NCBI GenBank assembly: GCA_038851035.1
Contig: JAWCLH010000003.1
Location: forward strand, 47,511-111,510
DNA: 64,000 nucleotides
Source: Thermoplasmata archaeon
Lineage (GTDB): Archaea; Thermoplasmatota; DTKX01; VGTL01
Direction: 5' to 3'
Positions 1 to 9,517 of this stretch are shown here, one piece after another. The position numbers were made by a program, and so were the translations under genes. The notes under the pieces were generated by a model that ran no database searches, was not told the origin of the DNA, and worked only from the letters and a program-made list of their open reading frames with translations. How positions within the stretch are numbered: position 1 is the stretch's first letter; the number at the start of each line of letters is the position of its first letter.

Positions 1-878
1 AAGGCCTTTGCGTAGTCGAGGAGGTCCTCTATTGATGTCACCCTCAGAATTCCACATTGATGAAAGACAGCATCAGTGGTGATGTCGCCCTCAGCAAGAG
101 ACCCCGTATGGGAAGATATTGCCCTCGCCCCCGCCAGCGTCCGGCCTGATTTAACCGCTATAACGGGCTTCATGCGTGTCACCCTCCTAGCTATCCTCGT
201 GAACTTTCTCGGGTTGCCGAAGCTCTCGATGTACATCAGAATCATTTTAACCGTTGGGTCCTCGCCCCAGGCCTCGAGAAGGTCGTTGGCGCTCACGTCC
301 ATTTTGTTCCCCATGCTGACGAACTTGGAGAAGCCGATATGCTCCTCCCTAGCGTAGTCGAGGAGGGTGGCACAGAGAGCCCCGCTCTGGGACATGAGAC
401 CTATCGATCCCTCCAAGGGCATCGTGATGGCGAATGTGGCATTCATTCTCACATCGGGGTCTGTGTTTATCACGCCCATGCAGTTGGGGCCCACAACTCG
501 AATTCCATATTTCTTCGCAATCTGGGCGACTTCGTTCTCAAGCTCAGCGCCCTTTCCTCCGACCTCTTTGAAGCCCGCCGAGATGATGACCGCACCCTTC
601 ACTCCCTTTCTGCCACATTCTTCCATAACTTGAGGGACAACCCGCGCGGGAACTACAATGATTGCGAGGTCTACCGGATCCGGTATCGCCGAGACGCTGG
701 GGTAGCACTTCATGCTGTATATTGTGTGGGCCCTAGGGTTCACAGGGAAGACAGCACCCCTGAACTCATAGCTGATTATGTTGTGGAGAATCTCCCTCCC
801 CACCCCCCCTCTCTCCCTCGATGCCCCAATCACCGCAATTGACTGGGGGCGGAAGATCGCCTCTAGTGTCTTTGGCAT
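1..878 (-). CDS. Partial (N-terminal ~292 aa) acetyl-CoA synthetase (ADP-forming) alpha / CoA-binding-domain protein; the gene runs off the window start
   Basis: Minus-strand translation from the ATG at 876-878 reads MPKTLEAIFRPQSIAVIGASREGG...VNPRAHTIYSMKCYPSVSAIPDPVDLAIIVVPA...GPNCMGVINT, the typical CoA-binding / succinyl-CoA-synthetase-like fold of the ACD alpha subunit. It is absent from the ORF track because it has no in-window stop. Confidence 0.6.
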   Translation of the reverse strand, partial: MPKTLEAIFRPQSIAVIGASRERGGVGREILHNIISYEFRGAVFPVNPRAHTIYSMKCYPSVSAIPDPVDLAIIVVPARVVPQVMEECGRKGVKGAVIISAGFKEVGGKGAELENEVAQIAKKYGIRVVGPNCMGVINTDPDVRMNATFAITMPLEGSIGLMSQSGALCATLLDYAREEHIGFSKFVSMGNKMDVSANDLLEAWGEDPTVKMILMYIESFGNPRKFTRIARRVTRMKPVIAVKSGRTLAGARAISSHTGSLAEGDITTDAVFHQCGILRVTSIEDLLDYAKA

Positions 879-929
879 CGAATCACCCCTGCCCCCATTC
901 GCACCGGCAATATAAGCATTTACCGCGAG

Positions 930-945
930 CATATTAAATATCTGA
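930..945 (+). promoter_or_regulatory. Candidate archaeal TATA/BRE box (gcatattaaatatctg) in the divergent intergenic region between the ACD gene and the thiolase operon
   Basis: AT-rich octamer ttaaatat about 30 nt upstream of the GTG start at 975, within a 96-nt GC-rich divergent spacer. Confidence 0.3.
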
Positions 946-974
946 TTCCTAATTCAGGCCCAGGGGGGTCATGG

Positions 975-2234
975 GTGAGGAAGGTTGCGGTCGTGGGAAT
1001 CGGCAGAACAGTTCCGAGACCCTTCTCTCCAGAGGTGTCCTACAAGGAGCTCATGTACGAGGCCGCTGTTAGGGCCTACGAGGACGCTGGCCTTGACCCA
1101 CGGAAAGAAGTCGACTCTTTCATAGGCGTCTCAGAGGACTTCTGGGAGGGAACGAGCATATTCGATGAGTACATCCCCGACCAGCTCGGGGGAGCCCTAA
1201 GGCCGGTGTGCACAATTGGGAACGAGGGTCTGCACGGCGTCGCCACAGCAGCGATGCAGATAATGACGGGCCTTGTTGATGTGGTGGCGGTGGAGAGCCA
1301 CAGCAAGTTCTCTGAGGTCGAAAGGCCTTTTAGGGTCATGACCATGGCCCTCGACCCGATCCTCACTAGGCCCCTGGGCATTAACCCGCACGCAATAGCG
1401 GGTTTGGAGATGGCCGCTTTCATTGGTGAATCGCTCGCTCGACGCCGCGCCTGCGCGGAAGTGGTTACAAAAAACAGGAGGAACGCGATATCGAATCCCT
1501 GGGCCGCCTACCCATCTCGGCTTAGCCCGGATGATGTCCTTAATTCTGAAGAGCTGTTCTCTCCCCTTCGGGAGCTCGAGTTCAGCGCTCCAGCGGACGG
1601 GGCGGTCGTGGTGGTCATTGCCTCAGAGGAGAGGGCGAGGAAGCTGAGCGAGAGGCCGATATGGATAGATGGCATCGGCTGGGCCAACGAGACTCCCTCA
1701 CTAGAGTCTAGGGAGTGGGGGAAGGCTGGGTATGCCCGGCTGGCCCTAGAGCAAGCCTCCAGAATGGCTGGCTACTCCTCCGCGGATATTGACCTCTGCG
1801 AGATAGACGACACCTATGCTTACAAAGAGGTCCAGCACGCGGAGGCGCTGGGTATCTGCGAGCCGGAGAGGTACACCAACTATATTTCCCGGGGGCGAAT
1901 CGATATTAATCCATCAGGAGGGAGCCTAGGGTGCGGGCACCTGCTCGATGCCACCGGCCTCTTTAAACTCGCCGAGGCAGTGGAACAGCTAAGAGGCACG
2001 GCGGGTAGCCGGCAGGTGAAGGACGCAAGGAGGGCTCTGGTCCAGTCCTGGAGGGGCGTCCCGACGACCTCGGGCGCCGTGGTTCTGCTGTCCAACGATG
2101 AGGGAAGAGGGGAGGTGGAAAGGAGGATGAGAGTAAGTGGTAGGAAGACCGTAGCGCGGGTGGAAAAGAGCGGTGGCGGCCACCGGGGTAAGGGCGCAGG
2201 GGATGCGAGAGCGAGAGCACGGAGGAGGTGGTGA
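975..2234 (+). CDS. Thiolase-superfamily protein (SCP-x-like / acetyl-CoA acetyltransferase-like), GTG start
   Basis: N-terminus VRKVAVVGIGRTVPRPF, Cys in PVCTIGNEGLHGVATAAMQI, thiolase-like length (419 aa). Stop at 2232-2234 immediately precedes the next start. Confidence 0.7.
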   Translation: MRKVAVVGIGRTVPRPFSPEVSYKELMYEAAVRAYEDAGLDPRKEVDSFIGVSEDFWEGTSIFDEYIPDQLGGALRPVCTIGNEGLHGVATAAMQIMTGLVDVVAVESHSKFSEVERPFRVMTMALDPILTRPLGINPHAIAGLEMAAFIGESLARRRACAEVVTKNRRNAISNPWAAYPSRLSPDDVLNSEELFSPLRELEFSAPADGAVVVVIASEERARKLSERPIWIDGIGWANETPSLESREWGKAGYARLALEQASRMAGYSSADIDLCEIDDTYAYKEVQHAEALGICEPERYTNYISRGRIDINPSGGSLGCGHLLDATGLFKLAEAVEQLRGTAGSRQVKDARRALVQSWRGVPTTSGAVVLLSNDEGRGEVERRMRVSGRKTVARVEKSGGGHRGKGAGDARARARRRW

Positions 2235-2235
2235 G

Positions 2236-3399
2236 ATGAGACGGGTGGCTGTTATTGGGGCTGGAATGACCAGGTTTGTGCGGAGGGCGAAGGAAACTGG
2301 AAAGGAGCTGTCATTTGAGGCGGCGCGGATGGCTCTCGATTCCTGTGGGATGGAGTTCAAAGACATTCAAGCAGTCGCCGAGGGCACCGCCCCAGACGCG
2401 TTTGACGGCGTGCACATGAAGGGGGAGTACCTCTCCAACGGGAGCGGAGGGGTTGGCAGGCCCTACACAAGGTCCTACGTCGGCGGTGGGACAGGGGTCT
2501 TCTGCGGAATTCACGGCTGGTGGCACATTGCCTCGGGCATGTTCGATACCTGCCTTGTGGTGGGTGAAGAGAAGATGTCGTCCTGCCACCCGCACCCCCA
2601 AGGCGCGTTCCTGACCATCTTCGACAGCTTTACAGAAAGGCAACTGGGACCCAACCTGATCTGGATTTTCGCGCTCGAGATGAACAGATACATGACACGG
2701 CACCGCATCAAAAAGGAGGACATTGCGCTCGTGTCGGTGAAGAATCACAGAAATGCTCTCGACCACCCCTCTGCCCAGCTCGGCATGAAAATTACGGTGG
2801 AGGACGTACTTAACTCGGAGGTACTTGCCTACCCAGTCCAGAGGCTGGATATCAGCCCAACCAGCGACGGCGCCGCGGCTCTCGTGCTCGCCTCGGAGGA
2901 AATCGCCCGGAAGTACACCGACACGCCGGTTTTTATTGACGGCGTCGGGTGGTGCTTAGACACCGCATACTGGACCGACAGGGACCTTTACTATCCGCTC
3001 TATGTAGAAATGGCAGCGAGAATGGCATACAAGATGGCTCGTATAGATAATCCGAGGAGGGAGATCGACTTCGCCGAACCCTACGATCCCTTCGATTATA
3101 AGGAACTCCATCACATGGAGGGCCTCATGCTCTGCGGTAAGGGAGAGGCGCCAATATTAACCAGAGAGGGGGTGACTCAGCGCGACGGGGATCTCCCCAC
3201 CTGCCCTTCGGGGGGCGCGCTCGGCGTCGGAAATCCGATCGCGGCGACCGGCGTAATGAAGCTCTGCGAGCTCTTCTGGCAGCTAAGAGGCGAGGCGGGG
3301 AAGAGACAGATAAAAAAGGAGGCTAGAACCGGCGTTGCTCAGGCGTGGGGGGACCTGATGCAGGTGGGCACCGTAGTGGTTATGAGAAGGGGGGATTGA
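2236..3399 (+). CDS. Second thiolase-superfamily protein (SCP-x-type thiolase-like); start trimmed to MRRVAVIGAGMTRF
   Basis: MRRVAVIGAGMTRFV N-terminus typical of SCP-x thiolases; C-terminal GGALGVGNPIAATGV glycine-rich thiolase motif; 4 nt from the upstream stop. Confidence 0.7.
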   Translation: MRRVAVIGAGMTRFVRRAKETGKELSFEAARMALDSCGMEFKDIQAVAEGTAPDAFDGVHMKGEYLSNGSGGVGRPYTRSYVGGGTGVFCGIHGWWHIASGMFDTCLVVGEEKMSSCHPHPQGAFLTIFDSFTERQLGPNLIWIFALEMNRYMTRHRIKKEDIALVSVKNHRNALDHPSAQLGMKITVEDVLNSEVLAYPVQRLDISPTSDGAAALVLASEEIARKYTDTPVFIDGVGWCLDTAYWTDRDLYYPLYVEMAARMAYKMARIDNPRREIDFAEPYDPFDYKELHHMEGLMLCGKGEAPILTREGVTQRDGDLPTCPSGGALGVGNPIAATGVMKLCELFWQLRGEAGKRQIKKEARTGVAQAWGDLMQVGTVVVMRRGD

Positions 3400-3403
3400 G
3401 GCA

Positions 3404-4099
3404 ATGGCGAAGACCAGCACTAAACAACGTGCTCCGGCGTGTGGCCTAGGCCGCCAGAGCAGCTCGAAGCCCTCGCCTGGAGCCAAAGGACCGGAGCGGC
3501 TTCTCCAGAGAGCGACGGCGGGGCCAGAGGGCAGACCCGGAAAGGAGCTAGCGGGAACGGCATTGAGCGAGGAGGACCTGAGAGAGAGGAGAGTATTAGT
3601 GGAGGAGACCTCGGACCCAGGCCTTAGCTACTCGTGGAGCGCGGGTGTTGCGATCGGGACCTATCTAAATGGCCTCAAGGAGGGAAGAATTCTGGGTGTC
3701 CGATGCAGCTCGTGCGGGCGTATAATGGTGCCCCCGCGCATGTTCTGCGAGCAGTGCTTCATACCTCTCACCGAGTTTGTATCAGTCCGGGACCACGGCA
3801 CCGTAAATACTTTCGCAATATGCTATATAAGAACGGACGCGTCCAGGCAAAAGACTCCCCAGATACCCGCTGTGATAGAACTTGACGGCGCGTCCCCTGG
3901 CATGGGCATCCTCCACCTCCTCGGTGAGGTCGCGCCCGAGGCGGTGAGGGTGGGCATGAGGGTCCGGGCGGTCTGGAGGCCCCCTGAGGAGAGGAAGGGG
4001 GACATAACGGACATTCTCTACTTCAAACCGTTTGAGGAAGGCGCAGATTCGGGCCCAGGCAAGGCAATCACGGAGCCGCTCCGGAGGAGGGATGAGTGA
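3404..4099 (+). CDS. DUF35-family protein (rubredoxin-like Zn ribbon + OB fold, thiolase-associated); the N-terminal ~70 aa extension may be a start-calling artefact
   Basis: CSSCGRIMVPPRMFCEQC zinc ribbon followed by an OB-fold-like region, as in DUF35/BbsA-type partners of thiolases. Confidence 0.55.
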   Translation: MAKTSTKQRAPACGLGRQSSSKPSPGAKGPERLLQRATAGPEGRPGKELAGTALSEEDLRERRVLVEETSDPGLSYSWSAGVAIGTYLNGLKEGRILGVRCSSCGRIMVPPRMFCEQCFIPLTEFVSVRDHGTVNTFAICYIRTDASRQKTPQIPAVIELDGASPGMGILHLLGEVAPEAVRVGMRVRAVWRPPEERKGDITDILYFKPFEEGADSGPGKAITEPLRRRDE

Positions 4100-4578
4100 T
4101 GGGGGTTGCGAAAAAAGTGGAGAGAGCGGATAAGGTGAAAATAGTAAGGGGCAGCTTTCCGGTTAAATACATCTATACGATGCCACCCCATCTAGAACGG
4201 TTCTTTCAAAACCTCAGGGAGAACGGGGAGCTCACTGGGGCGGTATGCGAGCGCTGCGGAACCGTTTATGTTCCGCCGGTCTGGTTCTGCGAAAGGTGCT
4301 TTGTTAGGGTGAGCAAAGAGACCACTCTCCCCAGCGAAGGGGAGCTGATCGCCTTCACAGTCGCCCGTAGAGGACCGGAAGGGGAGGTTCTGGATAGGCC
4401 GGAGGTATATGGCCTTGTCCGACTCAAGGGAGCGTCCACGGTGTTACTCCACAGATTGCTCTCGGAGCCCTCCGGAATTCGTTCTGGTATACGAGTCCGA
4501 CTCAGGTTGAAGGAGAAGGTGGAGCGGCGCGGCTCGATAATGGATATTGAGGGCTTCGTGCCAGTGGAGGGGCGATGA
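4096..4578 (+). CDS. DUF35-family protein (Zn ribbon + OB fold), second copy
   Basis: CERCGTVYVPPVWFCERCF motif; 160 aa; start overlaps the upstream stop (ATGA). Confidence 0.6.
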   Translation: MMGVAKKVERADKVKIVRGSFPVKYIYTMPPHLERFFQNLRENGELTGAVCERCGTVYVPPVWFCERCFVRVSKETTLPSEGELIAFTVARRGPEGEVLDRPEVYGLVRLKGASTVLLHRLLSEPSGIRSGIRVRLRLKEKVERRGSIMDIEGFVPVEGR

Positions 4579-4928
4579 GAACGAAACAGACGGACATTTA
4601 TAGGGCAAGGAGCGGACAACTCCTCACCTCGCCGGACTCGAGGTATCTTAGGGGCCGGGTCGAGACAAAGAGACCGGGCGAGGAGACCGCAACCCATGTG
4701 ACGGAGGGTAGGGAGGAGGTGCTGATCGTCCTCGAAGGCACCGCCACGGTTGAGCTTGGCAGGTCGCGGGTGAGGAGAATCGCGATGGGTCCCGGCCGCG
4801 CCCTATTCATCCCCGAGGGTATCCCACACAATGTCCGGAACTCCGGCGGGAGCGGCCTGAGATATTTGTACGTTCGCTCGATTTCCGCGTCCGAGAAGAG
4901 GCGAAGCTTACGGCATAGCCACCACTGA
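4575..4928 (+). CDS. Cupin-domain protein
   Basis: VLIVLEGTATVELGRSRVRRIAMGPGRALFIPEGIPHNVRN is a cupin_2-like two-motif core; overlaps the upstream stop. Confidence 0.45.
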   Translation: MRTKQTDIYRARSGQLLTSPDSRYLRGRVETKRPGEETATHVTEGREEVLIVLEGTATVELGRSRVRRIAMGPGRALFIPEGIPHNVRNSGGSGLRYLYVRSISASEKRRSLRHSHH

Positions 4929-5041
4929 AATTACATTTGAGGAGAAGGTCCGGAGGCTGTTGATTTCACGCGGAGCCGGCATACGCCATGAAAAATTATT
5001 AAGTCAAACTGGCGATATGGCATATTAAAAGGTGGTTCTAA

Positions 5042-6010
5042 ATGAAGAGAATTGGTATTCTCACCTCGGGTGGGGATTCTCCAGGCATGAACGCCGCCAT
5101 CAGGGCCGCCACTAGGACTGCCTTGTCAAGAGGCGTTGAGGTCGTCGGCATCATGCGGGGTTATCAGGGCATGATAGAGGGCGATTTTGTACCCCTTGAC
5201 TCAAGGGCTGTTGCGGGCATCATAAACCGCGGCGGGACAATTCTCAAGACCGCGAGATCCAAGGATTTCATGAAGCCCTCGGGCAGACTGAAGGCTGCTG
5301 AGGCTCTGAGCGCTGCCGGGATTGAGGGCCTTGTGGTCATCGGAGGCGATGGGTCTTTCAGAGGAGCCCACAAGTTTTCAACCGAGCATAGCTTCCCAGT
5401 CTTGGGAATTCCAGGCTCAATCGACAACGACCAGATCGGGACTGACTACACGATTGGGTTCGATACGGCGGTCAACATCGCCCTCGAAGCGATAGACAGA
5501 ATAAGGGACACGGCAATATCGCACGACAGGGTTTTTTTTGTAGAGGTGATGGGGCGCTCGAGCGGCTTCATAGCGCTCCATGCTGGCCTCGTTGGCGGTG
5601 CCGAGGCGATTCTTGTCCCTGAGGTAAAGGAAAATCTTCAGGAACTCGCTAGCATGCTCAAGGAGAACCGGAAGAGGGGAAAGCTCTCGAATATCGTTGT
5701 TGTGGCCGAGGGCGAAGAATCCGGTGGCGCGTTCGCAATCGCCAACATGGTCAAGACATTGACAGGGCTCGACTACCGCGTGACGATCCTCGGCCACATT
5801 CAGCGAGGAGGAACCCCCACCGCATTCGACAGACTCTTGGCAACGCGCCTCGGTGCGGCGGCGGTTGATGCTCTGCTCGATGGAAAAAAGAACATGATGG
5901 CGGGGTTGATAAGCAACGAGGTGGTTCTAACGCCGTTCGAGCAGGTATGCAACTCAAGAAAAGAGCCGGATCTCTCCCTCCTAAAACTCGCCAAAATCCT
6001 CTCGGGGTGA
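5042..6010 (+). CDS. pfkA: ATP-dependent 6-phosphofructokinase, PfkA (bacterial-type) family
   Basis: MKRIGILTSGGDSPGMNAAIRA...GGDGS...GIPGSIDND...MGR...HIQRGG, the canonical PfkA motifs. Confidence 0.85.
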   Translation: MKRIGILTSGGDSPGMNAAIRAATRTALSRGVEVVGIMRGYQGMIEGDFVPLDSRAVAGIINRGGTILKTARSKDFMKPSGRLKAAEALSAAGIEGLVVIGGDGSFRGAHKFSTEHSFPVLGIPGSIDNDQIGTDYTIGFDTAVNIALEAIDRIRDTAISHDRVFFVEVMGRSSGFIALHAGLVGGAEAILVPEVKENLQELASMLKENRKRGKLSNIVVVAEGEESGGAFAIANMVKTLTGLDYRVTILGHIQRGGTPTAFDRLLATRLGAAAVDALLDGKKNMMAGLISNEVVLTPFEQVCNSRKEPDLSLLKLAKILSG

Positions 6011-6014
6011 TTGC

Positions 6015-7460
6015 GTGGGGAAAGCCAGAATAAAAAAGACAAAAATCGTCGCCACTCTGGGCCCCGCGACCGAAGATACTAGCGTTCTTCGGGAAATGAT
6101 ATCTGCTGGCATGGACGTTGCGAGGGTGAACTTCTCCCACGGAAGCCACGAGGAGCATCGGACCCGCATCCGGGCGGTCAGGGAGGCCGCCGAAAAGGAA
6201 GGGAGAATTGTGGCCGTGCTCGGGGACCTCGGGGGGCCGAAAATTCGGATTGGAGAATTCGCCAACGGCAGGGCTGAACTCGTGACCGGGAAGAGATTCA
6301 GACTCACGACACGCGACGTACCCGGGGACGAGACAGAGGTCTCCGTAAACTATCCTCGCCTTCCGGTCGAAGTCAAGGTCGATGAGACCATACTGCTGGC
6401 CGATGGCGCGGTAGAGCTGAGGGTTGTCGACCGAAATTCAACAGATGTCATTTGCGAAGTAGTGAGTGGCGGGGTAATTACATCACGCAAGGGAGTGAAT
6501 CTTCCCTCAAGCCGGTTGAAGACGCCTGCAGTAACCGAGAAGGATAAAGAGGATATCGCTTTTTCTGTTAAAGAGGAGCTGGACTATCTCGCAATCTCTT
6601 TCGTTCGAACGGTGAGGGATGTCAAGGAGGCTAAAGCCGTTCTGGAGACCCATGCCACCCAGATACCCTTGATAGCGAAGATAGAGAAGGCCGAAGCCCT
6701 CTCCGACCTTGAGAACATACTGACCGCTTCCGATGGCGTTATGATAGCCCGGGGGGACCTGGGAGTAGAGATACCTTTTGAGAAGATACCGATTGTGCAG
6801 AAGGAGGTTATGAAAAGAGCTAGGGGAGCGGGGAAACCGGTTATCACCGCTACACAGATGCTGAAATCAATGGTTGAATCCCCTAGACCGACTAGAGCCG
6901 AGACCACGGACGTCGCCAACGCCATTCTGGACGGCACGGACGCTGTGATGCTCTCTGAAGAAACAGCCGTCGGCAGATATCCCGTTGAGGCTGTAAAAAC
7001 CATGGCTTTGATCGCTGTTGAAACTGAAGCCTCGATGGACGAGGATTGGGAGATGAGGCCTGAGCTCTCTGAAGGAAGGAGAGACCTTCAGAACGCGATA
7101 GCAAGGGCCGTTATGGATGCAGCCACACACCCCGAGGCTTCGGTCATTGTCACGCCATCCGCTCGTGGTACGACACCAATGAGGGTTTCGCGCTTGAGGC
7201 CTCGAGTTCCCATTCTGATGCTGACTGAAAATAGGCGCATCGCGAGGAGATTTGCTTTGATTTGGGGTGTTATACCGATATGCGTTAAAATGCCGGGCGA
7301 ACTTAGTGAAGTGTTTAGGTTGGCAGGAGAGGAGGCAAAAATGCGAGGGCTTCTGGCTCCTGGTGAGCTGGCCGTCGTTACCGCAGGCTATCCGATTTTT
7401 GGCACACCAACGAATTTGATTTATATATATAAAAGGCCAAACAGCCCTGAGAAATCATAG
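6015..7460 (+). CDS. pyk: Pyruvate kinase (GTG start, 4 nt after the pfkA stop)
   Basis: KTKIVATLGPAT...ARVNFSHG...GDLGVEIP...MLSEETA, hallmark PK motifs. Confidence 0.9.
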   Translation: MGKARIKKTKIVATLGPATEDTSVLREMISAGMDVARVNFSHGSHEEHRTRIRAVREAAEKEGRIVAVLGDLGGPKIRIGEFANGRAELVTGKRFRLTTRDVPGDETEVSVNYPRLPVEVKVDETILLADGAVELRVVDRNSTDVICEVVSGGVITSRKGVNLPSSRLKTPAVTEKDKEDIAFSVKEELDYLAISFVRTVRDVKEAKAVLETHATQIPLIAKIEKAEALSDLENILTASDGVMIARGDLGVEIPFEKIPIVQKEVMKRARGAGKPVITATQMLKSMVESPRPTRAETTDVANAILDGTDAVMLSEETAVGRYPVEAVKTMALIAVETEASMDEDWEMRPELSEGRRDLQNAIARAVMDAATHPEASVIVTPSARGTTPMRVSRLRPRVPILMLTENRRIARRFALIWGVIPICVKMPGELSEVFRLAGEEAKMRGLLAPGELAVVTAGYPIFGTPTNLIYIYKRPNSPEKS

Positions 7461-7967
7461 CGAAATTCCTAGCGCTCGCCAATTATTTCTTGCTTTGAGG
7501 ATATCTGGATTCAAAAGTCCGTGCTGAATTCTCTGTAACCACGTGAATTCCCATGGAGACCTTGGGAGACTTTTTGCTAACTGTCTGAGTATATTTCTAG
7601 CTAGGTCGATGTTTTCATCATTAAGTTCTGGAATTTCAATGAAAGATAGAGCTCCAGAGGTGGAAGGATGAATGTCATAGAGGTCTATAACAAGCGGAGG
7701 TTGAGCCGTGATAATGAATCTGAAAACATATGCAAATTTTGGAATGGGGACAATAGCATAGAGTTGTGAGTAGGGTTTTTCTGAGCGTTCTCTTCTAAAG
7801 CTAAGACCCATTTCATTAAGAAGCTTTCTTAGGACAGAAGCTGTTGATTGAGCATTAAATGATATCGCGGATGACCAGTGAAGTATTTCACATTTGGATT
7901 TCTTTTTTCTTTTTTTTACCATTGAAGGCTTCTCTATACGTTCTTGCCTATTGATGGTGGATTTCAT
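7455..7967 (-). CDS. Hypothetical protein encoded in the AT-rich island (basic KKRKKKSK N-region)
   Basis: 170-aa ORF with codon usage matching the neighbouring AT-rich cdc6 gene; no family recognised. Confidence 0.35.
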   Translation of the reverse strand: MKSTINRQERIEKPSMVKKRKKKSKCEILHWSSAISFNAQSTASVLRKLLNEMGLSFRRERSEKPYSQLYAIVPIPKFAYVFRFIITAQPPLVIDLYDIHPSTSGALSFIEIPELNDENIDLARNILRQLAKSLPRSPWEFTWLQRIQHGLLNPDILKARNNWRALGISL

Positions 7968-8030
7968 GATTTGAATAATGAGTCGTATTTAAATGAACTT
8001 TTGGGTGGTTCAAAAGAGAAGGGCAGAGGG

Positions 8031-8053
8031 ACCCCTTCATTTCCTGTGGAAAT
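8031..8053 (-). promoter_or_regulatory. ORB-like origin recognition box (dyad TTCCACAGGAAAT + GAA + GGGGT, read on the minus strand)
   Basis: accccttcatttcctgtggaaat; its reverse complement TTCCACAGGAAATGAAGGGGT matches the archaeal ORB architecture (TTCC-N5-GGAA dyad followed by a G-string). It lies 180 nt upstream of cdc6. Confidence 0.45.
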
Positions 8054-8236
8054 CTAAAGAAACTTGATTGATTAGTTTTAAGATAGGAGATTCTAACGAT
8101 TTTGTAAAGAATTGTTATTATCGTCTACATGAAAACAATTTCTTGTTACAAACAGAAAAGTATTTGAAAATGGTATCCATTCCGCTTATCCCACAATAAA
8201 GAAAGGGGAGGAAGAAGGCTAGGAGGAGAAACCCAA

Positions 8237-9517
8237 ATGAGAGATGGAGAGACTGGAAAGGAAAACATAATGGATGACCACGTTACGGTCTTTGATCTCT
8301 ATCTTGATGAGAATATTCGCCCAATATTTAAAAAAGATAGATACGTTCTAAGACCTGAGTACGTACCAAATCGTCTTCCTCATAGAGATAGAGAAATTGA
8401 TCAGCTCGCTTCAATTCTCGTTACAGCTCTTAAAGGTGGCAGACCATCGAACGTTCTTATTTATGGGAAAACTGGCACAGGAAAAACTGCAGTCATAAAA
8501 TTTATTCAAAAAGAGATAGAAAAAAAAGCTTATTCACAGCTCCAGCAAATTCATTGTACTTATATAAATTGTCAGATAGTTGATACGGAATATGGCATTT
8601 TGGCTAATATAGGAAATATGTTTATTAAGGACTGGGATGAGAGAATTCCATTCACAGGATGGCCAACTGAGAAAGTTTATAATCATCTAAGAGAAAAAAT
8701 AGATAATGCCAGAGGCATTATATTAATAGTATTGGATGAAATAGATAAACTTATATTTAAGAGCGGAGATGATGTTTTATATCATCTAACTACTTTAAAT
8801 GAAGATTTAAAAAATTCAAAAATGAGTATTATAGGAATATCTAACGAATCTAAATTCACAGAATTCTTAGACCCTCGGGTCCAAACAAGATTAGGTGAAG
8901 AACGCCTTGTCTTTCCTCCATATAACGCCCATGAACTTTTTGATATACTAAAGCAGAGAGCACAATTAGCATTTGAAGATGGTGCAGTCGATGATTCTGT
9001 TATTTCTCTATGCGCAGCTCTCGCTGCTCAAGAACACGGAGATGCAAGAAGGGCACTTGATTTTCTCAGAGTAGCTGGAGAGCTTGCAGAAAGAGAGAGG
9101 TGTTCTAAAGTTACTGAAAGGCATGTATGGAAGGCAAAAGACAAAATCGAGCTTGATGTACAAATGGAACTCATAAGAACACTTCCAACTCAATCGAAGC
9201 TTCTCCTTTATGGAATAATCCTAAAATCTGAAGAGAGCATAACAATTCAAACAACTGGAGAAGTATACGATATATACAGAGAATTATGTTATAGGGCAAA
9301 TATTCAGCCTGTCAGCCAAAGAAGAATTACGGATCTCATTTCTGAGCTAGATATGCTTGGATTAATTAGCGCTCGAGTTCGTTCCTTCGGCAGGGGAGGA
9401 AGAACAAGAGAGATAACTTTGAGTGTGAATGTTCCAGATACAAAAAGAGTACTATATGAAGACGAAATAATTCGAGAGATAATGGATTTCACTTCTTCAC
9501 AACAGAAAATTATTTAG
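8237..9517 (+). CDS. cdc6: Orc1/Cdc6 replication initiator (AAA+ with C-terminal winged helix)
   Basis: Walker A GKTGTGKT, Walker B ILIVLDEID, sensor motifs, C-terminal wH; strong GGAGG SD 8 nt upstream. The gene is conspicuously AT-rich compared with its flanks. Confidence 0.9.
   Translation: MRDGETGKENIMDDHVTVFDLYLDENIRPIFKKDRYVLRPEYVPNRLPHRDREIDQLASILVTALKGGRPSNVLIYGKTGTGKTAVIKFIQKEIEKKAYSQLQQIHCTYINCQIVDTEYGILANIGNMFIKDWDERIPFTGWPTEKVYNHLREKIDNARGIILIVLDEIDKLIFKSGDDVLYHLTTLNEDLKNSKMSIIGISNESKFTEFLDPRVQTRLGEERLVFPPYNAHELFDILKQRAQLAFEDGAVDDSVISLCAALAAQEHGDARRALDFLRVAGELAERERCSKVTERHVWKAKDKIELDVQMELIRTLPTQSKLLLYGIILKSEESITIQTTGEVYDIYRELCYRANIQPVSQRRITDLISELDMLGLISARVRSFGRGGRTREITLSVNVPDTKRVLYEDEIIREIMDFTSSQQKII

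Noticed and set aside
76-842. Plus-strand ORFs 76-357, 339-842, 367-633
   Set aside because: They are antisense to the partial ACD alpha gene (minus strand, 1-878), whose translation shows clear CoA-binding-domain motifs
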